This document shows, piece after piece, positions 14,590-26,723 of a stretch of 64,000 bases of DNA (position 1 is its first letter; each line of letters begins with the position of its first letter). Location of the stretch: NCBI GenBank assembly GCA_965235115.1, contig OZ249436.1, positions 65,596,001 through 65,660,000 of the forward strand, given 5' to 3'. Position numbers and translations under genes: made by a program. The DNA is from Laetmonice hystrix. Taxonomy: Eukaryota. The notes beneath the pieces are model-generated. The model did no database searches, was not told the DNA's origin, and was given only the letters and a program-made list of their open reading frames with translations.

Positions 14590-15175
14590 ATCCTAGGATC
14601 AGAACACTCTCGAGTGATTTCCCCCTAGGTTCAGGGCACTAGAGTGATTTTGACCTCGGTTCAAAGCACTCTAGAGTGATTTTGTCCTAGGTTCAGAGCA
14701 CTCTATAGAGTGATTTTGTCCTAGGTTCAGAGCACTAGAGGGATTTTGACCTAGGTTCAGAGCACTAGAGGGATTTTGACCTAGGTTCAGAGCACTCTAG
14801 AGTGATTTTGACCTAGGTTCAAGCACTAGAGGGATTTTGTCCTAGGTTCAGAGCACTCCCGAGTGATTTTGTTCTAGGTTCAGAGCACTCTAGAGTGATT
14901 TTGTCCTAGGTTCAGAGCACTCTATAGAGTGATTTTGTCCTAGGTTCAGAGCACTCCCGAGTGATTTTGTCTTAGGTTCAGAGCACTACAGTGAATTTGT
15001 CTTAGGTTCAGAGCACTCTAGAGTGATTTTGTCCTAGGTTCAGAGCACTACAGTGAATATGTCTTAGGTTCAGAGCACTCTAGAGTGATTTTGTCCTAGG
15101 TTCAGAGCACTTCCGAGTGATTTTGTCCTAGGTTCAGAGCACTAGAGTGATTTTGTCCTAGGTTCAGAGCACTAT
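14590..15175. repeat. Minisatellite, ~30-34-bp unit, ~18 copies
   Basis: The unit is GAGTGATTTTGTCCTAGGTTCAGAGCACT(CT)A, with length variants at the CACT(CT)(AT)AGAG junction. Confidence 0.95.
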
Positions 15176-16347
15176 ACAGTGATACGAGGTAGTGATTTGA
15201 TACTCGTACACCGGGTTATCAAAGGTCGTGATTGTCACTTTGTGCCACTATGCGGTGTTGTACGTCAGAAGAACCCCCGGTACACATACTGATAACAATA
15301 GGACGTTGTGTCTCGCTGTGTGAGGTTATTCCTGATACCATCATCCTATCCTCATTATCAGGTGGACTGACAAAAAAGGAACTTGTTTTTGTCCGGAGGA
15401 TGGCGAACAAAAAAAGTCAAATCTTCTTTAAGAAGCAAGGGTCGAATTCAGAGCTGGTGACATTTCCTTCACTCTTTATTCTATATTAAGGTGTAATCGT
15501 ATATTACTGTTTTAATTTGATCACTTCTTCATGAAGGAGCATAACTCCACACACCACCGACTTTCTATAGATGTCCCTGCTTTGAATGACATAAATTCAT
15601 TATTGTAACATTCTTCTGACCTAAATACTGTGACGCCTTTCGAGCGCATGTCAAATATTGGCACTATTTCTTTTCAAATGATTATTGGAAGTCACGATAA
15701 CATATTTCCAATAATTTGTAAGCCCATAAGAAATAGGGTGTGTGGGGGGGTGTGTTCAAAACTTAAAACGTTAGATATCACCCTTTCCGTTCACAAAAAG
15801 AGGCGTTCCATATAATAGGGGATCTATTACAGGGATTTAGGGATTAAGGATATCCCGCTGCGGTAAGAGAGTATGATTGGGGATTTTACCCCGTAACGTA
15901 AGGGGTTGTGGGGATAGGGAGTAGCCTATATAACCATCCCTGAGGATCATTTACAGACAGGCTGCAAGCATTCAAGCGTATTCTATTACAACAAATATAG
16001 CAGTGGTTCAAACATAACATCAGATCTCCGCAATCTCCTAGAAATCACCGGCTCTTGGCGGCTTGTCGAGCGGCGGGCCGCATAGAGTGCCCTCGTGTGG
16101 AGAATTCCCACACCCAAGATTCAATAAAACCTCAACCCTCGCTGTTTCAGAGATCTTTTCTAAGTATACTGAGATAGCTATTACAGTTAAGTCGTCTTGA
16201 ATGGAGCAACAGAATGCTGTAAAGATCGTAAAGGGACCTCAACCAATCCCAGTATAAAAAAACTACATTAACGCCCTACTCTTTATACACAGACAATGGG
16301 AGGGATCTTCACCCCCTTACGGGCGTTAACTAAAGCGAGCCGCCTAC

Positions 16348-16391
16348 CTTGGGTCCGGGGCCACCCGGGCGGTGGTGCAGCAGCCGTCCAT
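16348..16391 (-). CDS. Candidate first coding exon of an unidentified host gene (MDGCCTTARVAPDP..., phase-2 donor)
   Basis: A strong Kozak context ACCATGG (ATG at 16391) is followed by 14 codons plus AG, then the donor AAG|GTAGGC at 16348/16347. It is preceded by a GC/CpG-rich, UTR-like region to ~16720 with GC boxes. The protein is not recognised, and an alternative open frame (...GPGPK|) ends at the same donor. Confidence 0.4.
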
Positions 16392-19300
16392 GGTCCGGTG
16401 CCGCCGGTTTCAACAATTCACTACAAGCAAGTCCATCGACAAACTGTGGCCCGTACGACCGGGTCTGGGCGGCGGGCTGCGGGGCGGGATGGGCCGGGGA
16501 GGTGCTGGAGGCAGCGCCGTGTGGTTGTGTGTGGTGTGGGACCGCCACAGATGGTGACAGACACACGGACGAAAGGACACGGGACGCACACACTCACAGA
16601 CGGACGGCCATTGCCGGACAATGGAAGCAGGGCGGGTTGACGTCCCCAAGTGACGGCCGACCGCTGGGTCTCCAGTGAGTTCGGACAGCCGGCGGGGGAG
16701 GGGTCGGTTACCGCCCGCTAACAATATTACTTTACAATATTACTATATAGCAGGACTTCACACGGCACTTTAATATATAGATGTATAATCAACCTCAGGT
16801 CTTGCTAGGGTCACCATATGGTTTATAGAAAAATCCCATGATATCACCATGAAAACTTCAATAAACTTCTTAAACGTATACGATTGAGACTTATTTAAAC
16901 CACTAAAAGAAGTTGGAACCAGCAGGATCCGAATCAACGTCCCTGCCAACACCAGAAAACGTACGCATGCATGCATGCACGTCAATGAAACACATTTACA
17001 TAATTACCCAATTACCTAACGTATTCCTGCAGGCGGAGTTTGCCCGTCCTCTCTACTGCAACACTAGTCTACACTTTCCATGGTACCGAGCGTGGAATCC
17101 TGTGATCGTCGCTGTGTATATTTGTTACAAAGAGGACATTAATGCTAATACAATATAGTGTCCTTTACACTCAAGACACAACAATTAACTTGAGTTTGTA
17201 ATTGTCTGTGACAAGAATTAGAATGAAACAATAATCCTACCTGTATACAGTTTGCTGAGAGACTAAGAGCACGAGATTGCGAGAACAGTATCCCTAAGCT
17301 TACTCGTATATAGATAGTCATAAACCCATTCATTCTGTTCAAAATCCAGAATTAGTCATTTTTTCTGGCATTGTGAAATACAAAGCATTCACCTTGAGTT
17401 TGTTTTAGCAATATGATGTCATAGAAAACCCGGCGGGGTGAACCGTCTGTACACATGTAACAGACGCCAAACTCGAGAGGCGCGTGATTTGTGGCTGTTC
17501 TAGCCCGTAATCTTTCCGGTTGGTAATCTTAGCTACGATTAATGGCAGGGGTAATCTTATAGCTACGATTAATGGCACAATTATTGAGCATCATTCGGAT
17601 GTGGTGCCGAATCATCGAGCAATGGGGGCTTGGGGAGAAAACGATAGTCTCTTTTTTCCTTTGTCTCTCTGACTCGCCTAACTTGTCCAGCAGAAACAAT
17701 TAGGGAGACATGGGCCCCATTTGGCAATCTTTCTCACTTTGAATAAATGGACAATAGTAGACCGAAGGAAATGAAAGTGGTTAACAGGTATAGGGTATCT
17801 ATAATAGGTGTGTCGTACAATGTGGACGTCATTTTGGGGGATTCTCACTTTGAGTACATAATTATGAGAGAACCCACATAATTACCACCCTCCACTGATT
17901 GTGAAAATGGGTTCCATCATTTAGATTAATACCATAATTCATTACCTCCTTGCGATGAGTCAGACTCGAATCGCTGACCGCATCTTAAGAAAAACAGTAG
18001 AAATCTGAATTATTTTTATGTTGCTTCATTGGGAACAGACTCTATACCCATGAACTGTATGGTTCTTCATGGTGAAATTTAAAACAAGAACAATGCGGAC
18101 GGTTACCGATATAAGTGTCCTACTGCAGGCGTACATGCATGCATGTCCGTCCAACTTAAAATCGACAAGAAATTAGATGAGAAGATTTCAAGGAAAAGAG
18201 TTCCAGCGAATCAGGGCGTACGAGCACCGATGGCCATGTGATGACTTTAACCTCGAAATGAATTTCTGGAGGTCATTTTGACCTTTCATATTTAAACACT
18301 TCAGTATCCAACTACTTTCTTGTAAAGAAGAACTCGACGTATGGCTTAAAATTAATAGTCACTTCCAAATTTAAACATTAATGGTTAATGGTGGCATCCT
18401 TCTCGCCTGTGTAACATTATTGAATAACTGTTTCGTATATAAATTCATCATGCGATCCGTTCCTTGCCAACAAGCAGTAACTTGAACGAGCGTATGAAGT
18501 ACTTAATAGCTTTCGTGTCAATAAACATTGAAGTGATATATGTTATTTTTTACTACGCCAGTCAACATCGTTCCGTCTCCATGCCTCTCGTCCTACAAGC
18601 AGGCCACCAACATTTTCCCTCATCAATCTCTCACCCTGCATGGGTGATACCCCCCCCCCCCCCCACACACACACACACACCCATACCAGGCCACGCCCGC
18701 ATGTCAATCAGCACTCCAAGCCGCTGCGTGGTGCCATGTGTTACTCAAGTATAGGCTAATCATAATAATGTAGTTTCCATTGACCATTCTTCTCGAAAAC
18801 ATTCACCTCTCAAGGAGTTGAAGGATATACCAAACGGTATGCATGGACATGTTTCTGATCGGTCATATTTTATCTTCTTCCATTTTCATTCACATGTAGT
18901 TTTCATTTTCCATTAAATAATTATTTCCCGAAAAGGTTGACGGTGGATATAACAGATCGACCATTTGCCCTTGTCAATGGATTCATGTAGGCTCAGGTAT
19001 TTTCGAGATTTAAAAGGGCAGCTTAGTCATTTGGCCAAATATGGGGGTTCGTCTCAATGGCTCGACTGTGTAATTTGACTAACTTTCATTATGGAAACTA
19101 TTGCCACTTCAAAGGGGCAATGTAGGAAAAACTGAAGGCCGTTTTTACGCGTTGTGCACACAGTGGGGCGCTTGCGTACCTGTTGGCCTCCCCTTGCCAC
19201 AGAGCCGTGTGCTGACCGCCTCTGGTATTGTTATATTTCGTCGTCTGCTTATTCTACCTCGTTTTCGTTCCAAGCACGAAAATCCTATGGCTGGGTTTGC

Positions 19301-22045
19301 CATTAAGCACATGCCCCCTCCCTTCCTCCCTCCGTCCCGCTCGTCGCGTCACCAACGCAACGTCACGCACGGAGGCAGACGGCAGTTTTGTTCCCGTCAA
19401 GTTACTGTTATGCGCAGGTGTGCAACCCGATAATGGCCGTCCTTGACGTTTCTTATCGTATCGAACAGAGCATGCGCGAAGGGCCAACGCGGGAAATGAA
19501 TTCTCAGCCATGAATACAAGCTACATTGACAGCGTGTACGCTCATATTTTCTCCTGTTTACCTTCACGTTACGACAAAATCCACGCCGCCTTTCTTGAAC
19601 GCCTGATCGAGATTGACAGGCATAATTCTAACCCGGGCATGCGCCAGTGGTCATTGGTATGCCGTGTGGTGATGAAACGTTTTCAAAAGGCCACTTTTGT
19701 AATTCACGGAGATAATCAAAACGAGTTGCGATTTCTGTTAAGGCAATTTACCATGCTCCTAGTGGGATCGATTGGGAGTTGCCGTCACATCAGAATCTTC
19801 TAGTTCTAGTTGCAACAAGATGGCCGCATCATATTTATTGGGTTCATTTACGACATATTAATAACATTCAATGGCTTATTTTATAGCGTAAGTGGCTATA
19901 TAACAGGACATAATATTACGCTTGGGAAGGCGTATTGCTTTGGCGCTTGAGCTCCCTGCAATGTGTATGTACGACGGTCTCGCAAAAAATCTGAACAAAA
20001 TGGGCTCTTAACCAAATGCTTCTCTAATGAGGCACGTTTTACAGACTATCTTTAATTAAATATTTCATTAAACAAGTGTTAATCTAGTATCTTGAGTGAA
20101 GGGTTGGAGGATCCCCCAGTGGGTATAATGTGTACAGCCTCTTGTTGTAGGGAAGTACGCATGCGCCAGCCACTGATGGCGCCCTCTACCTGCAGCTCCC
20201 GTCACTCTGTAATGGGATATTATCGATTCAACTCGCGTCCAATTAAACAAGGTGATGTGGGAAAATTCACGTTGTGGGCCTTTTCATGTACGACCAAATC
20301 GCAGCCAACTTTAGGTGCAACTGGATACTAAATTGAACACGCGTCATACTATGACATTTCAGGAGTGCCCCATCAATGCAAAAGCTAGCTCGAGACCGGT
20401 TCCCAATCTTCTATCAGGCAACCCACCCCCTGGCGTGTATAAATGTAGGCCAACTTTATCCCAAGTCTAACCTACCACGTCTAAACTCTCTGCTACCATC
20501 GTCAGGTAGTCGGTCTGTTATCCTATCGCCTTTTAAACGCGTGCTTCTCGCACGCATGTTTGCAGATATTTTCCCACGTCATTCTGGCCTCTCTCGTGTC
20601 CATCCCACTTTATATGTTTTAATTGTGTGATTAATTTTTGTTATGAGTTGCTATAGATGTATTTCTATACTTACTTGATTTCTCTATTTGGGATTTACCT
20701 CTACAAATAGACCATTTGTCGCCTACATTAAAACTTCATAGGTAAGAATGCACATATTATTATCTCAGGGATCTAATCATGCCGGAAGTGCTGGTTATTG
20801 TGGAACAGAGACTTTACACGGATCGATTTTTCCCTTCCAGTCTGAGTGTGAGAATAGCGCGTCAAAATAAAGAACGCCACGCCACCTGGTGACAAACGGT
20901 GATATTTGATTCCACCCAGGCAGATCAGAATTTGGCGCGTTGTTACGGTCTCCAGAGAGCTGGACTTTAGATTCTCGATTCTACTCGCATAGTTGAGGAA
21001 AGATGGTGACTTTAATCGTCATGCGTCTGGTGATGACAATTAAAATCTCCTGACCGGCGAATGGTGGGCGTCCAGCCGCTATAAATACTAACACTGTCAC
21101 TTGCCGCAACTCGTGACAGACCACGGCAGGGTGAGATCTAGAGAATGCACAGCGTGAGAGCTCATGCCGCTCCAGGAACGCTGCCACGGGTAGTGACACC
21201 TGGCGGCTTAATTGATGCGGAACAAGGACCATATTTCAAACGACCTCTTGTGTGAAATATGTGAACTAGGTATTGTGTTCAACAGACTGAGAAGTCCGTG
21301 GGTGCAGGGGATAGGGTTCCGGTGGACTATAAGGAAACCGATTTGTATGTTAAACCCAAAGAGGGGAGTCGGACCCAAGACTTGGCTGGGGAGGAATTGG
21401 GTGGTGTTGTCTATTTACTCATTGCCGTTATAATGGATACAGGACCATGTGCATGCCATAATCCGGCATGTACCAACAGCACATGGCCCAGGGCAAGGGG
21501 AGCGTTAAGGACCCTAAGAATAGTTCTATATAGGGCCTACAAATTCAGTTTGAAGGCGGCGAACTGCATTGGATCGGCGTTGTTACGTACCAGCACTGCG
21601 CAAACAAAAATCGTGCAAGTGTCAGACTCAAGAGTACATAATTATAGCCAGAGTAATCGAGAAATTTATATGGACAGAGCATGTTAAGATCTGTCAAAGA
21701 GTTTGGTCCTTTAATTCCGTTTTATGTCAAAGATATTGTCACTCTAACATGGCCGTACGTTTTGGTACAACTATACCCTTCATCTTCTCGGGCATCAATC
21801 TTGCTAGACATTGACCTAATTGTTTCTAATTACTTTCATTGGCAGGAGGGTCGCGAGGCATGACCCGGCCCATATTGTTGATAACAAACAATGTTCGACA
21901 TCGGACTCCTGCAGGGAAGACATGGCCCTGCCCTACATCCGGGAACCACTTCAGGTCGACCAGTGCGCATGTCAACGAATGGTAAACAGGCCAAGCTTCC
22001 GGCTCCAGTGTGACTGCCCGGATGTCTCATTTGGATACCTTTGAA

Positions 22046-22935
22046 GTGAGTGAAGTCAATCTAGGCTAGGGGGCTCACAGTGAGCGAAGTCAATCTAGGC
22101 CAGGGAGCTCACAGTGAGCGAAGTCAATCTAGGCCAGGGGTCTCACAGTGAGTGAAGTCAATCTAGGCCAGGAAGCTCACAGTGAGCGAAGTCAATCTGG
22201 GCCAGGGGATTCACAGTGAGTGAAGTCAATCTAGGCCAGGGGGGCTCACAGTGGAGTCAATCTAGGCCTGGGGGTTCACAACGAGTGAAGTCAATCTAGG
22301 CCAGGGAACTCACAGTGAGTGAAGTCAATCTAGGCCAGGGGTCTCACAGTGAGTGAAGTCAATCTAGGCCAGGGGATTCACAGTGAGTGAAGTCAATCTA
22401 GGCCAGGGGGCTCACAGTGAGCGAAGTCAATCTAGGCCAGGGAGCTCACAGTGAGCGAAGTCAATCTAGGCCAGGGGTCTCACAGTGAGTGAAGTCAATC
22501 TAGGCCAGGGAGCTCACAGTGAGTGAAGTCAATCTAGGCCAGGGGATTCACAGTGAGTGAAGTCAATCTAAGCCAGGCGGCTCACAGTGAGTGAAGTCAA
22601 TCTAGGCTAGGGGGCTCACAGTGAGTGAAGTCAATCTAGGCCAGGGGGCTCACAGTGAGTGAAGTCAATCTAGGCCAGGGGGTTCACAGCGAGTGAAGTC
22701 AATCTAGGCCAGGGGTCTCACAGTGAGTGAAGTCAATCTAGGCCAGGGGGTTCACAGCGAGTGAAGTCAATCTAGGCCAGGGGGTTCACAGCGAGTGAAG
22801 TCAATCTAGGCCAGGGGGCTCACAGTGAGTAAGGTCAATCTAGGCCAGGGGGCTCACAGTGAGCGAAGTAAATCTAGGCCAGGGGGCGCACAGTGAAGGC
22901 CATCTAGGATGATCTAGGCCCGGGGGTTCACAGTG
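22046..22935. repeat. Minisatellite, 34-bp unit, ~26 copies
   Basis: The unit is GTGAGTGAAGTCAATCTAGGCCAGGGGGCTCACA with scattered substitutions. Confidence 0.97.
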
Positions 22936-24420
22936 CGTTCAGGCAAGGGGCGGCTTATACCCTATAGTCTCAGTGACCGACTTTAGACCAAGGAGGAGGG
23001 GGGGGGGGGGGTCGGGGACTTTAGTAAATCGGGGCCAATACAAGCAAAGTCCGAATAACCAGGGGAGTTGGCGCCAATTGTCTGTGTGTGTTCATAACAA
23101 AGAATCTCGCCCCAGGGTTCCTCCATGGTTCCTCCAGACGCTGTCCTCCAGACCGTCTGTTTGATATAGGTAACATCGTTTTCCTCTGCTGCCCGGAGGA
23201 CACGTTACATTATGATGCCCCAGAGATCCGTAAAGACTTCCACTCATACAAGAAATAATGTTCAGTGGATAAAATATATGTCATTTTCTATTTACTCTAC
23301 CTCTGAGGCCAATTCACTAACGACATAATGATCAATAACTCTTAGGATTTTTTTACTACAAGTATATGGGACCCATTTCTAAGTTCGATTCAACCAGAAA
23401 TGTAGGAAGATATATATTTCGAGTCAGTGATCATCCTCAATGCCACAGCCCGGGGTAGGTTCATAGTACTTTTAAATAGTGAAAATGTAATGTTAGATAT
23501 CGATATACATGTTTGTATATCCGGAAAGATTAATCTGTGGATGAATGCCGATATTATAAACTGGTAAGTCGGTATATGCAAACATAATACATATATAGGC
23601 CTCCATTTTGTAGATATTTCGTGCATTCTAAGAGTGCAGCTTATATTATGCTTGTTTGCAGTGCTAAAACACAGAAGTATTATTTAACAAAGTAGCCCGT
23701 TTGCCTAAAGCACGGCGGGGCGCCTGCCGGAAATGTTTCCAACAACAGCCGGTTTATTGTAGGACGCATTCATGAAATGAATCACACCTCAAACACTGGC
23801 GGCACGATCGTGGATGGCTTGCTCTGGAATTCGCGAATATTTATCCGTCTTCATCATTCGGGCAGGCCTTGCATCGCTTCCTCGAACTATAGTATTTTGT
23901 TACTTTCGACCCTTCTCTTGGCATGTAAAGCCGTCGTGCGAGGTTATCCGCATACCTAACATTTTTCTTCCCTTTCATCCAAAGAGGAGCACTGGGAGTA
24001 TCAATGGACCGACGGTTACATACACACTTTAGTTTTTCATCCACAAATTTCTGTCACTCTAACCCTTGAAGTCGCTACAATAGCGATCCATGGATATTTA
24101 CCCACCACAGGGGACAGGTTTTATGTTAGGTTAATGCTAGCTCCAGATGGCAGGGAGAGCATTTTTCCCCGGTAACTCCGAGTTACCATGGTGAATTGGA
24201 TATGTGAATAGAGCGTGCACAAACAGAGCAATCAGTTAGCACAGTTATAGCCCTGCATTTCTATAACGTTTTCCGACATCAAGGGAAACATCATTCATTC
24301 TTCTGTAAACACAAGTAGGGGTTATTCGAAAAATAGAGATCCTTTTCATGTGTGAACAGGTATTTTACCTTGTATCTATTCAGGAGGACAGCATCTGATT
24401 TTAGGACCGTGGTACGCAAA

Positions 24421-24670
24421 GGCGGATCCAGAGGGGGGGGGGGGCGCACATGGGCACGTGCCCCCTTTAGCTTCACTAATTAGGCCTATACACGGCTATA
24501 GCCTACTCATTTTGAATTAATTTTAACACTGACAGGGAAACCCCCAGCTATTATGTAGGCCTATACCTCTAAAACCTTCATTCAAGAGCATGAGATTTAA
24601 TTAGTAATGCAACCAATCATGAATTGCTTTTCTGTGCCCCCCCCCCTTTTAGTGAAATCCTGGATCCGCC
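24421..24670. mobile_element. MITE-like element with GGCGGATCCAG terminal inverted repeats
   Basis: GGCGGATCCAG (24421-24431) and CTGGATCCGCC (24660-24670) have poly-G and poly-C tracts just inside. The outer CAG ends are degenerate and there is no clear TSD. Confidence 0.65.
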
Positions 24671-25507
24671 AGTGGTAAGGCGGAGGGGTTAGGGGTTTAT
24701 ATAGGAAGGTGTCCCAGAACAGGAGGTCTGCTCATGTATATCGGCCTTAGATCTGTTTGATGGAAAGCAAGTTGTTAGAATGGGATGCATGCATACGTGT
24801 GGTATTGCAGAGTGCAGTTGCCGATCAGTCAACACATTTGATTGGTCAATAATGGGCCAGTCGTTTGCTGCGGCACACACGTTGTTTGAATACGTAATTA
24901 TGGCGGCCTCCACCTGCGTGTGGAGGAAAGGCACCCGCTTCCCCTTTGTTACGGGTCGACGGCCTTGACCTGGTGATACCCAGGACATGAATTCACCTTA
25001 TTCCATATTTAAAATGTTCCAGTTTGAAACATACTGGAACATAATTACATCTGGTCTCGAATTTCTTTTTTGGAAAAGTAATTACAATTTGGATATACTC
25101 CCTATAGGTTATAGGCTATGTCATAGTTTCCAATTCATAATTCTTAAAGAAGGCCGGATTTTCCGCGCCAGAAAGTTACCATGGAGGAATCCCCGAATGC
25201 TCTCCTTCTAAACGAAGACAAGCGATGGTGTGGAGCCAGGTATATCGGATGTCGCCGTTGGCCAGAAGTGACTTGCCATAATGATTTTATCACGGATTCT
25301 CACCAGTTAATGATGAAGCGGCCCCTCCTCCCCACCGTGGTGGGGTAACTGTGTTAGCGCATCGAGCAAACAGTCAGCCACGGGGATGCGCTGGCGATAA
25401 TTGAATATCGCTGAATGTTTGCACGTAGAGCAAGCTTCCAGCACCGCTAACGTTTCTGTTTTCAAGAAATCTGCGTCATATGATGTTTTTTAAATATCAA
25501 AGTATAA

Positions 25508-25685
25508 CAGGGCTGTAACCTGGCTGAAAATCCCAGGGGGCAGTGTCCCCTGAACATTAACCAGATAGGCCTATCACGTGATAGCGTGTCATTGCGCCGT
25601 TCGAGCTGGGGTCTGGGTAAAAAAAACCTGGAAATCCCAGGGGGCAGTTGCCCCCTTTGCCCCCGCCCCGCAGGCTACGGCCCTG
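25508..25685. mobile_element. MITE with 15-bp TIRs and 5-bp TSD
   Basis: CAGGGCTGTAACCTG ... CAGGCTACGGCCCTG (13/15 inverted match) is flanked on both sides by TATAA (25503-25507, 25686-25690). It has an internal direct repeat, AAATCCCAGGGGGCAGT x2. Confidence 0.75.
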
Positions 25686-26039
25686 TATAACCTATATATA
25701 CTATGCCTAATCTATTTTGTACTATGTATATCCGAAACGTGTGTGTACGGGTTGGGGTGTGCGCGTCTCTTATAGGCCTCTAAATTGAATACCCTTAGTG
25801 ACACAATAAGGTTTGTCAGTTACACAGTTCGTTAGTTTTCTTCTGGTACTCCGGTTTGGTCACCATGACTTACCTCTCCGCAGACCCCCCCCCCCCCCCG
25901 ACACATACGCTATAAGATGTAGGCCTATACTTCCATCTCCAGTATCGCTAGATGGCGCCTGCAGAGCGCTACTACCGACGTCCCGAAATTCTAAAAATCA
26001 TATTTACATGCAGGCCTGTCTTCTCTGGACGACATCGTC

Positions 26040-26723
26040 TGGCCACAAAATACGGCACTCATTACAGAGGTGGGACACGTCACAGCCACACACCGACACT
26101 GACGTTACTCTCTGGCCACAAAATACGGCACTCGTTACAGAGGTGGGACACGTCACAGCCACACACCGACACTGACGTTACTCTCTGACCACAAAATACG
26201 GCACTCATTACAGAGGTTGGACACGTCACGGCCACACACCGACACTGACGTTACTCTCTGACCACAAAATACGGCACTCATTACAGAGGTTGGACACGTC
26301 ACAGCCACACACCGACACTGACGTTACTCTCTGGCCACAAAATACGGCACTCATTACAGAGGTGGGACACGTCACAGCCACACACCGACACTGACGTTAC
26401 TATCTGACCACAAAAAACGGCACTCATTACAGAGGTTGGACACGTCACAGCCACACACCGACACTGACGTTACTCTCTGGCCACAAAATATACGGCACTC
26501 ATTACAGAGGTTGGACACGTCACAGCCACACACCGACACTGACGTTACTCTCTGGCCACAAAATACGGCACTCATTACAGAGGTTGGACACGTCACGGCC
26601 ACACGCCGACACTGACGTTACTCTCTGACCACAAAAAACGGCACTCATTACAGAGGTTGGACACGTCACAGCCACACACCGACACTGACGTTACTCTCTG
26701 ACCACAAAAAAACGGCACTCATT
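26040..26723. repeat. 73-bp minisatellite, left arm (~9.4 copies)
   Basis: The unit is GGCCACAAAATACGGCACTCATTACAGAGGTGGGACACGTCACAGCCACACACCGACACTGACGTTACTCTCT. The arm breaks off after ...GGCACTCATT. Confidence 0.97.

Noticed and set aside
21298-21687. Penelope-like motifs TDLYVKP and LYRAYK in a 129-aa ORF
   Set aside because: The spacing is about twice that expected, and LYRAY arises from the locally abundant TATAGG(G)CCTA motif.
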